A DNA stretch of 64,000 nt from Octopus sinensis (lineage: Eukaryota). The stretch's first letter is position 1, and each line of letters opens with the position of its first letter. The stretch covers positions 16,306,001 to 16,370,000 of the forward strand of contig NC_043008.1 in NCBI RefSeq assembly GCF_006345805.1, written 5' to 3'. The notes under the pieces were generated by a model, which saw only the letters and a list, made by a program, of their open reading frames with translations, made no database searches and had not been told where the DNA came from. The translations under genes were made by a program, and so were the position numbers. This document shows, piece after piece, positions 14,506 to 27,239 of the stretch.

Positions 14506-15041
14506 GCGTGCGTGTGCGTGAGTGTGTCTCTGTGTGTGAGTTGTGAGTGTGTATGTGTTTGGATTTGTCTGCCACCACCGCTTCGCAACCGGTGTTGGTG
14601 CGTGTACGTCCCCGTAGCTTATCAGTTTTGCAAGAGACAAAAACAATAAGAACCGGGCTTTAAAATTATAAGTACCGGAGTCGATTTTTTTTTTTGATAA
14701 AATTTGAATAAAATGTGAGCCACCATGGGCGCAGTCTAAAAACTGAAACAAGAAAAGTCAACTACAATCGTTGGCTGTTATCATGAAATCAATAAATTAT
14801 CTAGATGAGCAGATATTGAGAACGATAAAATTGCCAGAATTAGTGCTGCCCAATGACTGTAACCAGTACAAGCAAACAAGAATACAAGAATACAAGAATA
14901 TGACATATATATGCAAATGTTTTTAATTGCCAAAGTAATAACACAATAATTCGAATAAATGAATATTGAAACAAATAACGTCCTGAAATAATCTGAGCTG
15001 CAGAAGACAAACATTTGAAAATATTTGTTTCAAAATTTGGC

Positions 15042-15175
15042 AAAAGGCCAACAAATTCAGGAAAGAGAGGGTAAGTCGATCACATCGACTTCAATCCTCA
15101 ATTGTTACTTGTTTCATCGACTGCTCCGTGATGAAAGGTTAAGTCGACCTTCGTGAAATTTGAACTGAGGACGAC
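15042..15175 (-). mobile_element. SINE family C, diverged fragment
   Basis: AAGTCGATCACATCGAC...GATGAAAGG..AAGTCGACC matches the family C core. Confidence 0.65.
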
Positions 15176-15367
15176 ATTTGTTGAGTGGGATTGGGGGTGG
15201 GGGGGGGGCTTGAATAAATGTAAGAAAAAGTAAGTTTGAAGGAAATATTAGCCATTTTTCATACTTTCTAGGGGTAAGTAAATAGGAAATAACAGTTGCT
15301 ACCCAAGGCTAAAAGTCATGTTACATAGTACTATGAAAAAGAATGAGATTGAAAAAAAAATTGACCA

Positions 15368-15763
15368 GGCGCAGGAGTGGCTGTGTGGTAAGTAGCTTGC
15401 TAACCAACCACATGGTTCCGGGTTCAGTCCCACTGCGTGGCATCTTGGGTAAGTGTCTTCTGCTATAGCCTCGGGCCGACCAATGCCTTGTGAGTGGATT
15501 TGGTAGACGGAAACTGAAAGAAGCCTGTCGTATATATGTATATATATATAAGTGTGTGTGTATATGTTTGTGTGTCTTTGTTTGTCCCCCTAGCATTGCT
15601 GGTGTGTTTACGTCCCCGTCACTTAGCGGTTCGGCAAAAGAGACCGATAGAATAAGTACTGGGGCTTACAAAGAATAAGTCCCGGGGTCGATTTGCTCGA
15701 CTAAAGGCGGTGCTCCAGCATGGCCGCAGTCAAATGACTGAAACAAGTAAAAGAGTAAAAGAA
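15368..15763 (+). mobile_element. SINE family A, full-length
   Basis: High similarity to 97-508 from head to tail. Confidence 0.92.
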
Positions 15764-16158
15764 TATGTTAATAGAAAAATTTTGAAATTTGAAGACATTT
15801 GATTTTTTTTACAGATATACCAAAAATAAGCAAACTACTTCAAAATGAATGGTAATTTATGCGAGGAGAAATATTCATTACATAATAGAGTGTTTCCCTT
15901 TGAGCAGATCGAATATATTTGAGATTCGAATTTAGCTAAAGTTCCTGATGTGTTTTATAAGTATAATCAGTTTTCGCAAGTTATCCGGAAAATTATAACG
16001 AGAGAATTTCTAGAAGTCATGATATTTTACGGAACCACAACATTTTGCAATACACTTTTACATTTTGATATATGAGCGTGACCTACTCGAATCGATCTGC
16101 AAGGAAAAAGCAACGTAATATATTCCAGAGAATGCCCTATTATCTCAAAACATTACTA

Positions 16159-16613
16159 GGATCTTTTCGGTTTGAACGGCAGTTTTTCTAGCGGTGTCAT
16201 ATGAAATTGTCACCGATAATCATGACCCTAGTATCGATTTATTGCATTTCAATCTGTTTAAGGGTTAGGGTCAGTTAGAGTTAGGTAGGGTTATGGTTAG
16301 GTTTAGGGTTAGAGATGGGGGGAAGGGTATCTTGTTTTCTTCACAAATGTAAACAAACCCAATCTGTTTCTAAAACAAGGGACATATTCATACGGCACAG
16401 GATGTTTTTTTACCTCAATGGACATCAATGATTGGTTGAAATTGCAGAAATTGAAGAAAAAACAACAACAAATATCTTACAAACCATAGAATTTTCTCAA
16501 TAATGCCATGAGAAAAAGATGTTTTATAAACACATTCTACCAGTATACGAAGTTTAAAAGTTTTTGTTACCTAGAAATTATGTTAAAAACTGCCGTTCAA
16601 ACCGAAAAGATCC
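16159..16613. mobile_element. Merlin-like MITE with internal telomere-like repeats
   Basis: Perfect 29-bp TIR GGATCTTTTCGGTTTGAACGGCAGTTTTT; 8-bp TSD CATTACTA/CATTACTT (7/8 match); GG termini with an 8-bp TSD fit Merlin; degenerate TTAGGG array ~16258-16326. Confidence 0.75.
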
Positions 16614-17699
16614 CATTACTTATTTGAAAATGTGATTTTGTAACATTTGTGCATTATATAAATACAAATTAATCATAACCGGGGAAGTTTAATCATCCGT
16701 TTCTTTGTGTAGTGTAGGACTAGGGCTAAACTTTTTGCAAAACGCATTTGATATATCTAACTAAAAGTGGTAGGCAAATTATTTAGTTGAATACACATGT
16801 AGTAGATATGCTGTTTATATTTTTTATACTGAAATTTACTAATAAAATACCTTCTAAATAGAGAATTAGTAAATATCTATAACAGAAATAAAACTAATTG
16901 AAAAAAAAATAACGATTAATAAATGTGTATATAAATATTTTAAATACCGAATATACAAGCTTGTTTTGTATGTTCCTCATGCCTTATTTTCCATCGCCGT
17001 AATCGATGTAAACATTTGAGCAATTTACTTTTACCCGATATCATACAAACCGCTGAAATGTTATAATGCTACAGTAAACATAGTTTTAATTTCATCATAG
17101 ACTTTATAAATGTTTAATTGCATTAATTTTATTGTATCCCTTGTCTTTATCAAATGATATGGTAGCTTTCATTTTGTTGATGATATGCAAATGAAAATTG
17201 CATCTCGCTTTGATTATAGTGTAACACTTAAGAAACAGCATGGTTTTCATTTTATTGTAAACATTAATATGAAAGATGAAATTAGCTTTAATTTTATTGC
17301 TGTCATTAAAAAAGGAATATTATAAATTGGAAAATGATATCATGGCTCTGAATTTGTTTAAAAATTTAACATAACGTTTGCGGATTCAATTTTACTGCAT
17401 GCCTTAGGTATATTGTGCTAGGAATTCTCTTGATGGTAAATATTTTCTATAAAATCGTATTTAAGAGTTATACACACACTCAGAAACAAGCATATATATA
17501 TATATAGTACACAAACGCATGCAGACACACACAAACACGAACAAAAACACACACACATACAGTGATCACTCGCCATATCTCTGTTCACTTATCGCGGTTT
17601 ATTACTTAAGCATACGTCGATTCCTCCGTGGTGTTGTTTTGCATTTATAAAATAAATAAATATATACGATTTATAAATATTAAAAAAAGATATATACAG

Positions 17700-17776
17700 C
17701 TTGTTTACTAACCACATGGTTCTGGGCTCAGTCCCAATGCGTGGCACCTTGCGAGTGGATTCTGTAAACGATATGC

Positions 17777-17837
<61 letters not shown>

Positions 17838-18057
17838 CGGGAATGTGTGTGTGTGTTTGTATGTCTATGTTTGTCTCTCCCCACCATCGCTTGTCAGCCG
17901 ATAGTGGTGTGTTTACATCCCCGTAACCTAGCAGTTCGGCGAAAGAGCGCGTAGAATAAGTACTAGGCTTACAAAGAACAAGTCCCGGGGTCGATTTGTT
18001 CGTCTAAAGGCGGTGCTTCAACATGGCGCGCAGTCAAATAACAGAAACAAATAAAAG
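17700..18057 (+). mobile_element. SINE family A, internally deleted
   Basis: Partial head, expanded (TA)n(TG)n, 3' body. Confidence 0.85.
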
Positions 18058-18069
18058 GGCTAAATAATT

Positions 18070-18510
18070 AATTGTCAAGACTATTTAAGCATCTTATCTG
18101 ATCAAATTCATCCTACAGTTGAGGAAATGTTTCCGGAGGGAAACAATCTTTCAGGATGATAATGCACCGATTCACACAGCTAAAGTTGTTATTGAATGTC
18201 ACAAGGAACATTCTAGTGAAGTTGAAGATCTTATGTGGCCACCACAGTCCCCAGATCTCAATATTATAGACCATTCATGGTGCATTTTTGAAAAACAAGT
18301 CAGGATTCGATATCCTCTACCATCATTACCACAAGAACTGGAGACGGTTTTAGCTGAAGAATGGACAAAAATTCCTTTGAAAACAATTCAAACTTTGCAA
18401 GAGTCCATACCTCGTAGAATTCAAGCTGTAATTACTTCCAAAGGTGGTCCCACCCGATATTAAAATGAATTTCTTTGAAATTTTAAGGTGTTTCCATTAG
18501 TTGACCAACC

Positions 18511-18514
<4 letters not shown>
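18070..18514 (+). mobile_element. Tc1 (DD34E-type) transposase 3' fragment with right TIR
   Basis: IFQDDNAPIH...WPPQSPDLNII...IPRRIQAVITSKGGPTRY*; right end GGTGTTTCCATTAGTTGACCAACCTCTG followed by (TA)n. Confidence 0.9.
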
Positions 18515-18593
<79 letters not shown>

Positions 18594-19171
18594 CATATAT
18601 ATGTTAACGATATAACCCAATATAACTGGTGTAAAATTGTACACTATCATGTAATGAAGATTTGTAAGCTATTTCCAGGAAATCTAGAGATCTTACAGAT
18701 GTCCCTTTCTTGTGGAGCTAGAGCAGCCTACTTACGTTGATCAAAAGTACAAGGTGGAGGAATATTAGTCAGGAGAGATAAAACATGCGACCAAAATGAT
18801 GTACTCATTTGCCAGAAACTATTCTCTATCCCCACCTCTTATTTCTTTACACTTGGTATTTTTCTTGAATGACGGCGTGTAGTATGTTTTACTTCCATTT
18901 CATTATCGCAGAAACACAGGTGGTATGAGAAGCAGTGTAAGTTATGAGTTATTGTGGGACAATTTAACAGATGGTGACTGGACGGAGTGCCAGCTTTTCT
19001 ATACTTATGTAGATATACTTAAATAGTTAAATGTATATTAAGGAGAGCAATTTTACCATTATATTTCCTCGTAATACTTGAATGTGAGATGAACTTTGAA
19101 CTTCTTTTTAAGACCGCTGAATCGTATTATGTTTGAAATAAGAATCCCTCCTATGTAGTTCTCTATGAGCA

Positions 19172-19428
19172 CGCAGTGAGCACAATGTCCATTTTGCTGG
19201 ACATTGTTGTAGAGCTGAAAAAGAAGTAATTTCTACTCTTCTCCTCTGGAAGCCATCTACTCGCAATACCAGAGGGCGCACACTCTCCTACCCTGATGTA
19301 ATCTCCAGGGATACAGGCATCCAGCAACAGGACCTCCGTAATGCCATGATGGACCGTGAAGTCTGGCGTAGCATGGTAAATTCCATTGTCTCGACCACGG
19401 TCGAACAATGATGATGATGATGATGATA
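19172..19428 (+). mobile_element. RTE-like LINE 3' end
   Basis: FAGHCCRAEKEVISTLLLWKPS...RGRTLSYPDVISRDTG...MMDREVWRSMV*, followed by a (GAT)n tail. Confidence 0.8.
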
Positions 19429-20224
19429 TGAGCACACAGATGGTCATTTGCTTACTGTTTTGCTTTTGAGGATGTTTAACCCATGGTCTTCTTTTAGAGA
19501 ACATCATTATTACAAAATAATTTCTATATCCATCATCAGTTCTGTACGTTCTGTTACGTTCTGTATCTACAACTGAATAACCGTCATGAAGTTCCCTGCT
19601 TAAAATCTTTTAAAAAGCTGTAGATTTTTATTGGCGAAGTTGATAGTTGGTTGCTATTTCTAGCATGTCCATTGGCATTATATTCCCTTGTGGGTCCCGT
19701 GGTCATCACGTTCGCAATTCTGCTCAATTCAGGAAGGCAAGAAACAAACGATAATAAAGTTTTCATCTACGTTCATTTTCACTACTTATTGAAAATGAAA
19801 GTAATATGTCAAGTATTCATAGGGGCTAAAAGGTTATATGTTGCATGCCTGCGTGTGTTATTTTCGATACAGGTAGAATAAGGAAGGCATAATTCTTTAG
19901 TGGGTACAATGACCAGTTGGGAAGCAATGTTTAACTATAATAGAAGGAACAGCGCTATAAGTCAAGTTCAGATGAAATGACTGGATATATTTCATTTCTA
20001 GAATCCCCCCCGCCCGAAACAAAATGCATAATCATCTTGGGACTTCCTTCAACACAATACAATTGTATAACTAACGAAATATTACGAGATTTCCCGCATA
20101 CCTCTAGAAAAATAATTTATACCCTAGAAACTCCCTGCAATTTATCGCATGTGGAACTGTCATAGCAGAAACATATGAGGTAAGGTCAAATATTATACAA
20201 CCACCAGGTAGAAATAGACATTTA

Positions 20225-20297
20225 CATATACATACATACACATATATAAATATACACACACACATATATGTATGTATGTATATATGTAAATATATAC

Positions 20298-20343
<46 letters not shown>

Positions 20344-20355
20344 TACATACATACC

Positions 20356-20418
<63 letters not shown>

Positions 20419-20723
20419 ATGTATGTATATATATATAAGCATATTATACGGTATTGCAGATTTCAGTTTGGATATGCATAGCCGATTCTCCAGAGGTATG
20501 CAGCTAATTAAGTTTGGGATTGCGTTGCATGAATACATGTGATCTTGTATTTTGGAAGAGGCTTTTTTCCATCTTGTAACTTTGATTGATTTCTTCAGAT
20601 GTGTATTAGCAACATTTATCTGAATATTCTTGTAAAACGGGTACATAAAAGCAGTCGATTACTTGACAAAAGAAAAGAATGATAGAAAAGATGAGCAAGG
20701 ACGAGAAAAATATACATACATAT

Positions 20724-20765
<42 letters not shown>

Positions 20766-20839
20766 CATGCATGTATGCATGTATGTATGTATGTATCTAT
20801 CTATCTATCTCGCCATCTATCTATTTATCTATCTATTTA

Positions 20840-20876
<37 letters not shown>

Positions 20877-20905
20877 TATATATATATATATATTATATAT
20901 ATATA
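20225..20905. repeat. Two compound (TA)n/(ATCT)n/(CT)n tracts
   Basis: 20225-20445 and 20710-20905. Confidence 0.9.
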
Positions 20906-20949
20906 GAAACAAAGATGAATAATTCTGAGAACAAAAGCAAAAATAAAGC

Positions 20950-21083
20950 AGAAGAAGAAGAAGAGAAGAAGAAGAAGAAGAAGAAGAAGAAGAAGAAGAA
21001 GAAGAAGAAGAAGAAGAAGAAGAAGAAGAAGAAGAAGAAAAAGGAGAAAAAGAAGAAGAAGAAGAAGAAGAAGAAGAAGAAGA
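20950..21083. repeat. (GAA)n tract
   Basis: Near-pure AAG repeat. Confidence 0.97.
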
Positions 21084-21490
21084 CAACGAAAGAATGCTTT
21101 TCTATTAACCACAGTGTGTTGGTAAAAAGTCGAGCAAGGCAGAGTGTAGACTTACATGACATAAAATTCAAGTGCAGAGCACGCCTCGAAAATTATCCAA
21201 CACACACACAAGAAAAACAAAGTCCCAGACTGTTGGTAATGCTCTGATGTCTACTTCTGGAAGCCTTTCAAATGCTCTCTCCCAACTGTCTTCCCCCAGT
21301 TTACAGTTATTTGTTCAGAGAAGTTTCGTACACTTTGACCATGCTCACCTCTCCCGTCAACCTTTCAATAAATTCACCGGAAGACAGCACTTCCTTCTCC
21401 ATCCTAACTCTACTCTTCATTTTAAACTTGTAAAAGCTGAAGCGGTCATGGCTGACTGTGTCTATCTTCAGTTATTTTAATCTCGTCCGC
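21084..21490 (-). mobile_element. Possible Tx1/L1-clade LINE 3' end
   Basis: Minus strand KFKMKSRVRMEKEVLSSGEFIERL...* resembles Tx1-type ORF2 C-termini (from memory), then a UTR-like stretch running into (TTC)n. Confidence 0.35.
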
Positions 21491-21494
21491 CAAT

Positions 21495-21655
21495 CCTTAG
21501 CACTCCGAGCAAAGTACTAAATGCCAATTCGCCCGTCCCTACGTTCTGAGTTCAAACCTCGCCGAGGTTGACTTTGCTTTGTCCTTTCCGGGTCGATAAA
21601 TTAAGTACCAGGGAACACTGGGGTCGATGTAATCGACATCCCCCCTCCCCACCAA
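21495..21655 (+). mobile_element. SINE family C, diverged
   Basis: GAGTTCAAA..CGCCGAGGTTGACTTTGC...GGGTCGATAAATTAAGTACCAG. Confidence 0.8.
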
Positions 21656-21979
21656 AGCCACGTGACTTTCTGTCCAAAGGAGGCTATTGATACAGTCGTC
21701 ACAATGGACCCAACTCATAACCGTTTTCCTTAGCAGTTTTTCGATTTAATTTCAGGAGTCAGCAGTGGTCGAGAGCGTAAAGAAAGCTTTCGTTGTCTTA
21801 CGGTAGATAGCACCTATGTGTCTGTAGATTTTATCAAGGACCGTCAAAGTCTTACTGTAGAACTGCCACACCGAAGATTTATTTCACCCCGAGAAAACTT
21901 CTGAGACCGTCTTGCAAATTGACTTTAAACGACGTCTAGAATTTCCACTACAACATTGTCTATTTTGCTCACGGAAATC

Positions 21980-22790
21980 GTCTATAGAATACCAAAAGTT
22001 CGACGTAATGTATTGTGCAACTCGTAAAAGTTTGCAAGCACTTGGTCACCATGCATGTGCCGATCACTGTATCTCAGTATGCTGTAGTCAGCGATTTTGT
22101 TAGGGACAGGAACAAAGACCTGACTTGAAATTTTACGTTAAAGTTAGGAGGTCTGCTACAAAAACATCGAGTTTATTTCAGTAAGCTTATGGTGACGGAG
22201 TGATGGGTGGTGCAGATTGTTTCGAGTGGTACGTGCGCTTCAAAAGGGACAACAGAACAGCAGCTCAACCAAGAGAATGCTCATCGTTTTTTGCGACATC
22301 CGCAGTATTGGGCGTCGAGAATTCGTCCCCCCTGGGCCAGGCTGTCAATCAACAGTTCTACAGCGACGTTTTGATACTTTTGAAGGAAGACATTCGGATC
22401 GTTGGAGCACGAACAAATGGAATCGTCACGACAATAAAGAACCCTATTACCGATCTCTCCTCACTCGTGAGTGTCCCGCCAAAAACAACATGTTATCGCT
22501 TACGCATCCGCATAATTCGCCCGACTCATAACCTCCGGACGTTCATCCTCCAAATGAAAATGATGCTTAAAGGTCGCCATTTTAACACCTTTGTCAAGAT
22601 CGAGAGTGAATCGTAGAAGGTCCTCGACTTGGCTACGGAAAATGACTTCCAGGTCGGATTCCAAAAGATGCTCGAACGCTGAGACCGGTGTATTGCTGCG
22701 CAAGGTGACTATTTCGAATGAGATGATGCTAAGACTTAGGTAAGTAACTTTTTTCTTAAACATAAGTCCAGGAACCTTTTGATACCACAT
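21980..22790 (+). mobile_element. Degenerate mariner (DD34D-type) element
   Basis: LKFYVK, AYGDGVM..CFEWY.RFK, MLIVFCDI..EFVPPG, HPHNSPD, LKGRHF, CIAAQGDYFE*; TIR-like ATACCAAAAGTTC / GGAACCTTTTGATAC. Confidence 0.85.
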
Positions 22791-22924
22791 GTTACAAGTT
22801 GTGGTGACAAGATGAGGTAGCGAAAGGGCTAGATTGGAAATTGGGCGAAAAGTGGAGCCTAGGGAGAGGCAAGTCATAGTATAAGCACAAACGTCAGTGA
22901 GAGGGGGAGTCGCAGATCTGCATA

Positions 22925-23411
22925 ATCCTGTGTAATTTCCGAATCAAAACAGATCAGGTGCTAGAACATAACAAACCGGACCTAGTGCTGGGGGACAAGG
23001 TGCACCACATGTATCGTATACTTGATGTTCCGTGCTCCTTGGACCCACGAATAGTCAAGAAGTAAGGTAAAAAAACAAACAAAAAAGTACATGTATACAA
23101 TCCTCTTAAGCGAAAATATCACGACAATGGAAAATGAAGAAGGTGAATATAATGCCGATAATATCGGGCCCTTGGGGACTCTGTCAGAAGGCAACAAGGA
23201 GGATATGAAGGAACTTGGAATAAAATACCCAGTAGAACTGTTAGAAAAGGTCTTCTTCGTTGGTACCGCCAAAATAATCAGGCAAGTATTAGCTGAAAAG
23301 AACAAATAGCTTGGTACCGTAGACTGCAGGCAGCCAGTCCGCTACGCATGCAAGACTCCAGGAGTTCCAACAAAACCTGAGTTTAGAAGAAAAACAAAAC
23401 ATATAATAGTT
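22925..23411 (+). mobile_element. R4/Dong-like non-LTR retrotransposon 3' end (restriction-like endonuclease remnant)
   Basis: ILCNFRIKTDQVLEHNKPDLVLGDK...ILDV...D; IGPLGTL...LGI...GTAKIIRQVL*; ~100-bp 3' UTR abuts (GAA)n. Confidence 0.8.
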
Positions 23412-23704
23412 AGAAGAAGAAGATTTTGAGATGGAGGTGGAGGGGAGGAAGAAGAAGGAGGAGGAAGAGGAGGAGAAGAAGAAGGAGGAGAAGGAGAAGA
23501 AAGAGGAGGGGAGGGGGAGAAGGAAGAACAGGAGAAGAAGGAGGAGGAGGAGAAGAAGAAAAATAAGACGGAGAAGCGGAAGAAGAGAAACAAGAAAAAA
23601 ACAAGAAGAAGAATGAGGAGGAGGAGGAGGAGAAAAACAAGAAGAAAAACAAGAAAAACAAGAAAAACAAGAAGAAGAAGAAGAAGAAGATAAGAAGAAG
23701 AAGA

Positions 23705-23735
<31 letters not shown>

Positions 23736-23822
23736 AGAAGGAGAAGAAGAAGAAGAAAAACAAGAAGAAGAAGAAGAAGATGAAGATTAAAAAGAACAAC
23801 AACAACAATAATTGTTCCTAAC
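23412..23822. repeat. Long polypurine (GAA/GAG/CAA)n tract
   Basis: ~400 bp almost purine-only on the + strand. Confidence 0.95.
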
Positions 23823-24323
23823 GTAGACGGCAAAAATAATAACCAAAGGAAACGACAATATAATAGAAACTGTAACACACGCAACAGCATCAGACACCAT
23901 AACCAACAGCATTAGTAAGAAGACGAAGAGGAAAGAAAAAAAGAAGAATAAGAAGTAGACGGAGAAAAAGCAGCAGAAGCAGCCGAAGCAGCAGAAGATA
24001 CAGTTTTTTTTTTCTTTACGATGCCTCGACTCACAACTTTTTTCACATTCCAGTCGCTCCGTGTCTCCTGACTATTGAAATCAGTTCATTTCGAGGCAGT
24101 CACTAGTATTAAAAATACACTGCAGTATTTTTTACTTTTTTCTTCAACCATTGAAGGGTGACTAAATTTTATTGCCTTATATATTCACTTTATATTATTC
24201 GAATGATGTGAAATTGAATTATTACACTTGCTTGCACTCTGGTTTATTAAAACGTTTCTGCAAGCGACTCTGAATTTTGTTTTTCATTTTTTACAAATAA
24301 TACTTTTTTTAATCCTTCTTTCC

Positions 24324-24355
<32 letters not shown>

Positions 24356-24365
24356 GAGTCTCTCC

Positions 24366-24407
<42 letters not shown>

Positions 24408-25241
24408 CTCTCTCTCAGCTCTTCGTGCTTTGGTGAGGTATTCATTCATATGATTTATGGATCTCGAATTCTTAAATTAGAAATTACCACGCATATCAGA
24501 ATTACAACGTCTCCCCCAGGATTTAACGATGTACAGATTACAGTGAACGTTTTTCTTTTTCTTCAGCTCCCAACCTCCACGATTACCTTTGAAATAAAAA
24601 GAACATTCGTAGCAGGAAATAAAGCAAGACTTCGTTTCGTAATTTGAATTAACAAAAGAATCAAAGTAACAAAATAACATTGTAAACTGTAATTTTACTT
24701 ATCCGCTCTTGGATTCAGAACATAAATATCTCCCATATGCACTTATCTGAGGCAATGCTCTTCTTAATTTCTCAATGCCGAAATATCTTGCTATTGTGTT
24801 TTAATTATGTTTTGCTAAATTATTTTCTAAGGTAATCTTACGTCCATCGTTATAATGCTTTGGCCCATGTTCAAAACGATGTACTGACTAACCACAAGGT
24901 CGTAATCTGTCTAATTAAACATTATGTAATGTTTTCTTCATTTTCTTATGAAGATTGAGTGTGGTTGAACTGCCACTACTAGCAGGTCGAGTAAACACGT
25001 ACATGCTCCTCTATTACTATTGGCATTGCTCATCTCCGAAAAGAACAGCAGTACAGCAATAGCGGCGAGTATTAGTTTCGTATCCAATGCAAACTGTACA
25101 TGTCAATGTAAAACACTAGCATTTCGTCAGTGGGAATGCATAGTAGATTATATAGCAGATTACATCTCTGTATAACCTGCCATACGGAATAAAGCCATTG
25201 CCTCAATGTATTTCCCTGACTGAACACCTTCAAAGTATAAA

Positions 25242-25472
25242 GGCGGCGATTTGGCAGAAACGTTAGCACGCGGGGCGAGATGCTTAGCGAGATTTCGTCT
25301 ACCGCTACATTCTGAGTTCAAATTCCGCCGAGGTCAACTTTGCCTTTCATCCTTTCGGGGTCGATTAAATAAGTACCAGTTACGCACTGGGGTCGAAATA
25401 ATCGACTTAATCCTTTTGTCTGTCCTCCTTTGTCCCCTCAGTGTGTAGCCCCTTGTGAGCAGTAAAAAATAG
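25242..25472 (+). mobile_element. SINE family C, full-length
   Basis: GGCGGCGATTTGGCAGAAACGTTAGCACG head, GAGTTCAAATTCC B-box, CCTTTCATCCTTTCGGGGTCGAT core, AAAAAAT end. Confidence 0.9.
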
Positions 25473-26465
25473 GTATGAAGTTTACAATTTACAATATGAC
25501 TAACAGTGATTCGATAAATTGACACAAGCACTTAGCAGGCGTATTCTTATGCATTCAATAAATAAATAGACTCGGTGTTTTGTTTATTTTATATACACTA
25601 CCGAATATTTATATTGCTCTGTTATGAACTAACGGTGCTTAGTTCTATGATTGCTGTGTTTTTTTCAGCTTACCTGCTAATTAATTTTCTTGTAGCAATG
25701 CTTTATTTATGCTGATTATATTTAAAAATTCGCTCGGAAACTTCATCAGCAGTGGCGGTGTGTAGATAAAATTAGTGGGGGTTCTGCTTCAGAAAATTTT
25801 TAGCCGTTGTTTTAATATTGTATAAAAGGAAACAAACATATAAAAAGAAAATTTATGCATAAACTGGATCGGTTCACGTTTTAGCCAGTGTCAGTAAGTG
25901 TGTTTAATTTGTTCACTGAACACCGACGCGACTTCCACTTTGTTTTTCTAACCCCCATCATAAAATAACTGCGGTGCTTTATTTCTCAACTCTTGGTAGC
26001 AACACTGAAGCTGGAAGGATAATAATCTAATTCTAGACTTTATCACATACAAGAATATAAACACGTTTTTAAGCATAACACACGCGGTGTCAAACTGAAA
26101 CACTACCTTTTATCCGACACTGTTGTTCACGCAGTGCTCTCTCTCCCTAGTGTACAGCTTCCTATCTCGGACATGTGTGCATGCACACAACAGCCAAAAA
26201 CTGCGTCGCTGGAACTGCGAAGCGCACAGTTCTATACAAGGAGTTTTGTATTATTTTCATTAAGCTTAAGGATTAATATACTGTACAAGTATAAAGAAAG
26301 AATTAAGGAAAAAAGGATTCATTATATTGAATGTTATCGATAATATTGAGTGGAAATAGCGGGGCAGCATTTCCGTAGTTCCTATACACGAGCCGCCATT
26401 TTTCATCAGTCAATATATATTTCACGACAAGTATTTGAAAGACCTCATAAATCACACACACACAC

Positions 26466-26522
<57 letters not shown>

Positions 26523-26958
26523 CTGTTACGTGCGCGCACCAGTTTGCCTTATTTTATAAAGCTTTTTACGGTAAGACTTCGAAATTGGCAAACGTCAAAC
26601 TTCCACTTTCCCCATGCATAGCATTAAACATAACCATCAATAAAACTAGCATAGATCTCTCAAGATTAAAATCACGGACAAAATTCTTCTGGGATAAATT
26701 TCTTCATTCTGTTTGTGTGGCAGCCGGGGCAGGAAGATCATGTCGAAGATTTAATCTAGTAGGTATGTCATGTTACAGAACAAAAGCTATGAATGGTGAG
26801 AAAGTTGCGACCGAATTTACAAACGTTTTAGCCTGAACAATCTGTCAAGTAGCTGAGCGAGCAGCTAGTATCGTGTTTAGCCAAAGCTTGCCGACGTTTT
26901 AGTGTCTTATATGCAACTGGAGCAATTATTACCATGAATGATTATTACAATTTGCATA

Positions 26959-27104
26959 TTACTCTTTTACTCTTTTACTTGTTTCAGTCATTTGGCTGTG
27001 GTTATGCTGGAGCACCGCTTTTTTTTTTAGTTGAGCAAATCGACTCCACGACTTATTCTTTGTAAGCATATTACTTATTCTATCGGTCTCTTTTGCCGAA
27101 CCGC
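26959..27104 (-). mobile_element. SINE family A, 3' part
   Basis: (ACTCTTTT)n tail and 3' body, reverse strand. Confidence 0.85.
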
Positions 27105-27239
27105 TTTATAAATGTGATTCAATTCTTTAAAAAGTTTCTTCAATATCAACTTCCGGTATTGACGCAGCAACTACCGCTACCTAGACACGTACATATATGT
27201 ATAACCGTTTCTATTTCATTTCGGAACCCATGTTCTTGA

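Larger units (their letters stand above)
13988..14752 (+). mobile_element. Old SINE family A copy split by a nested PLE-like repeat in its internal microsatellite
   Basis: Degenerate head 13988-14128, degenerate 3' body 14560-14752, with an unrelated repeat and (TA)n(TG)n between them. Confidence 0.65.

Noticed and set aside
19480-19545. Minus-strand CTGATGA...GAAA...TA hammerhead-like string
   Set aside because: Helix II is essentially unpaired and helix I is not adjacent; likely chance in AT-rich DNA.
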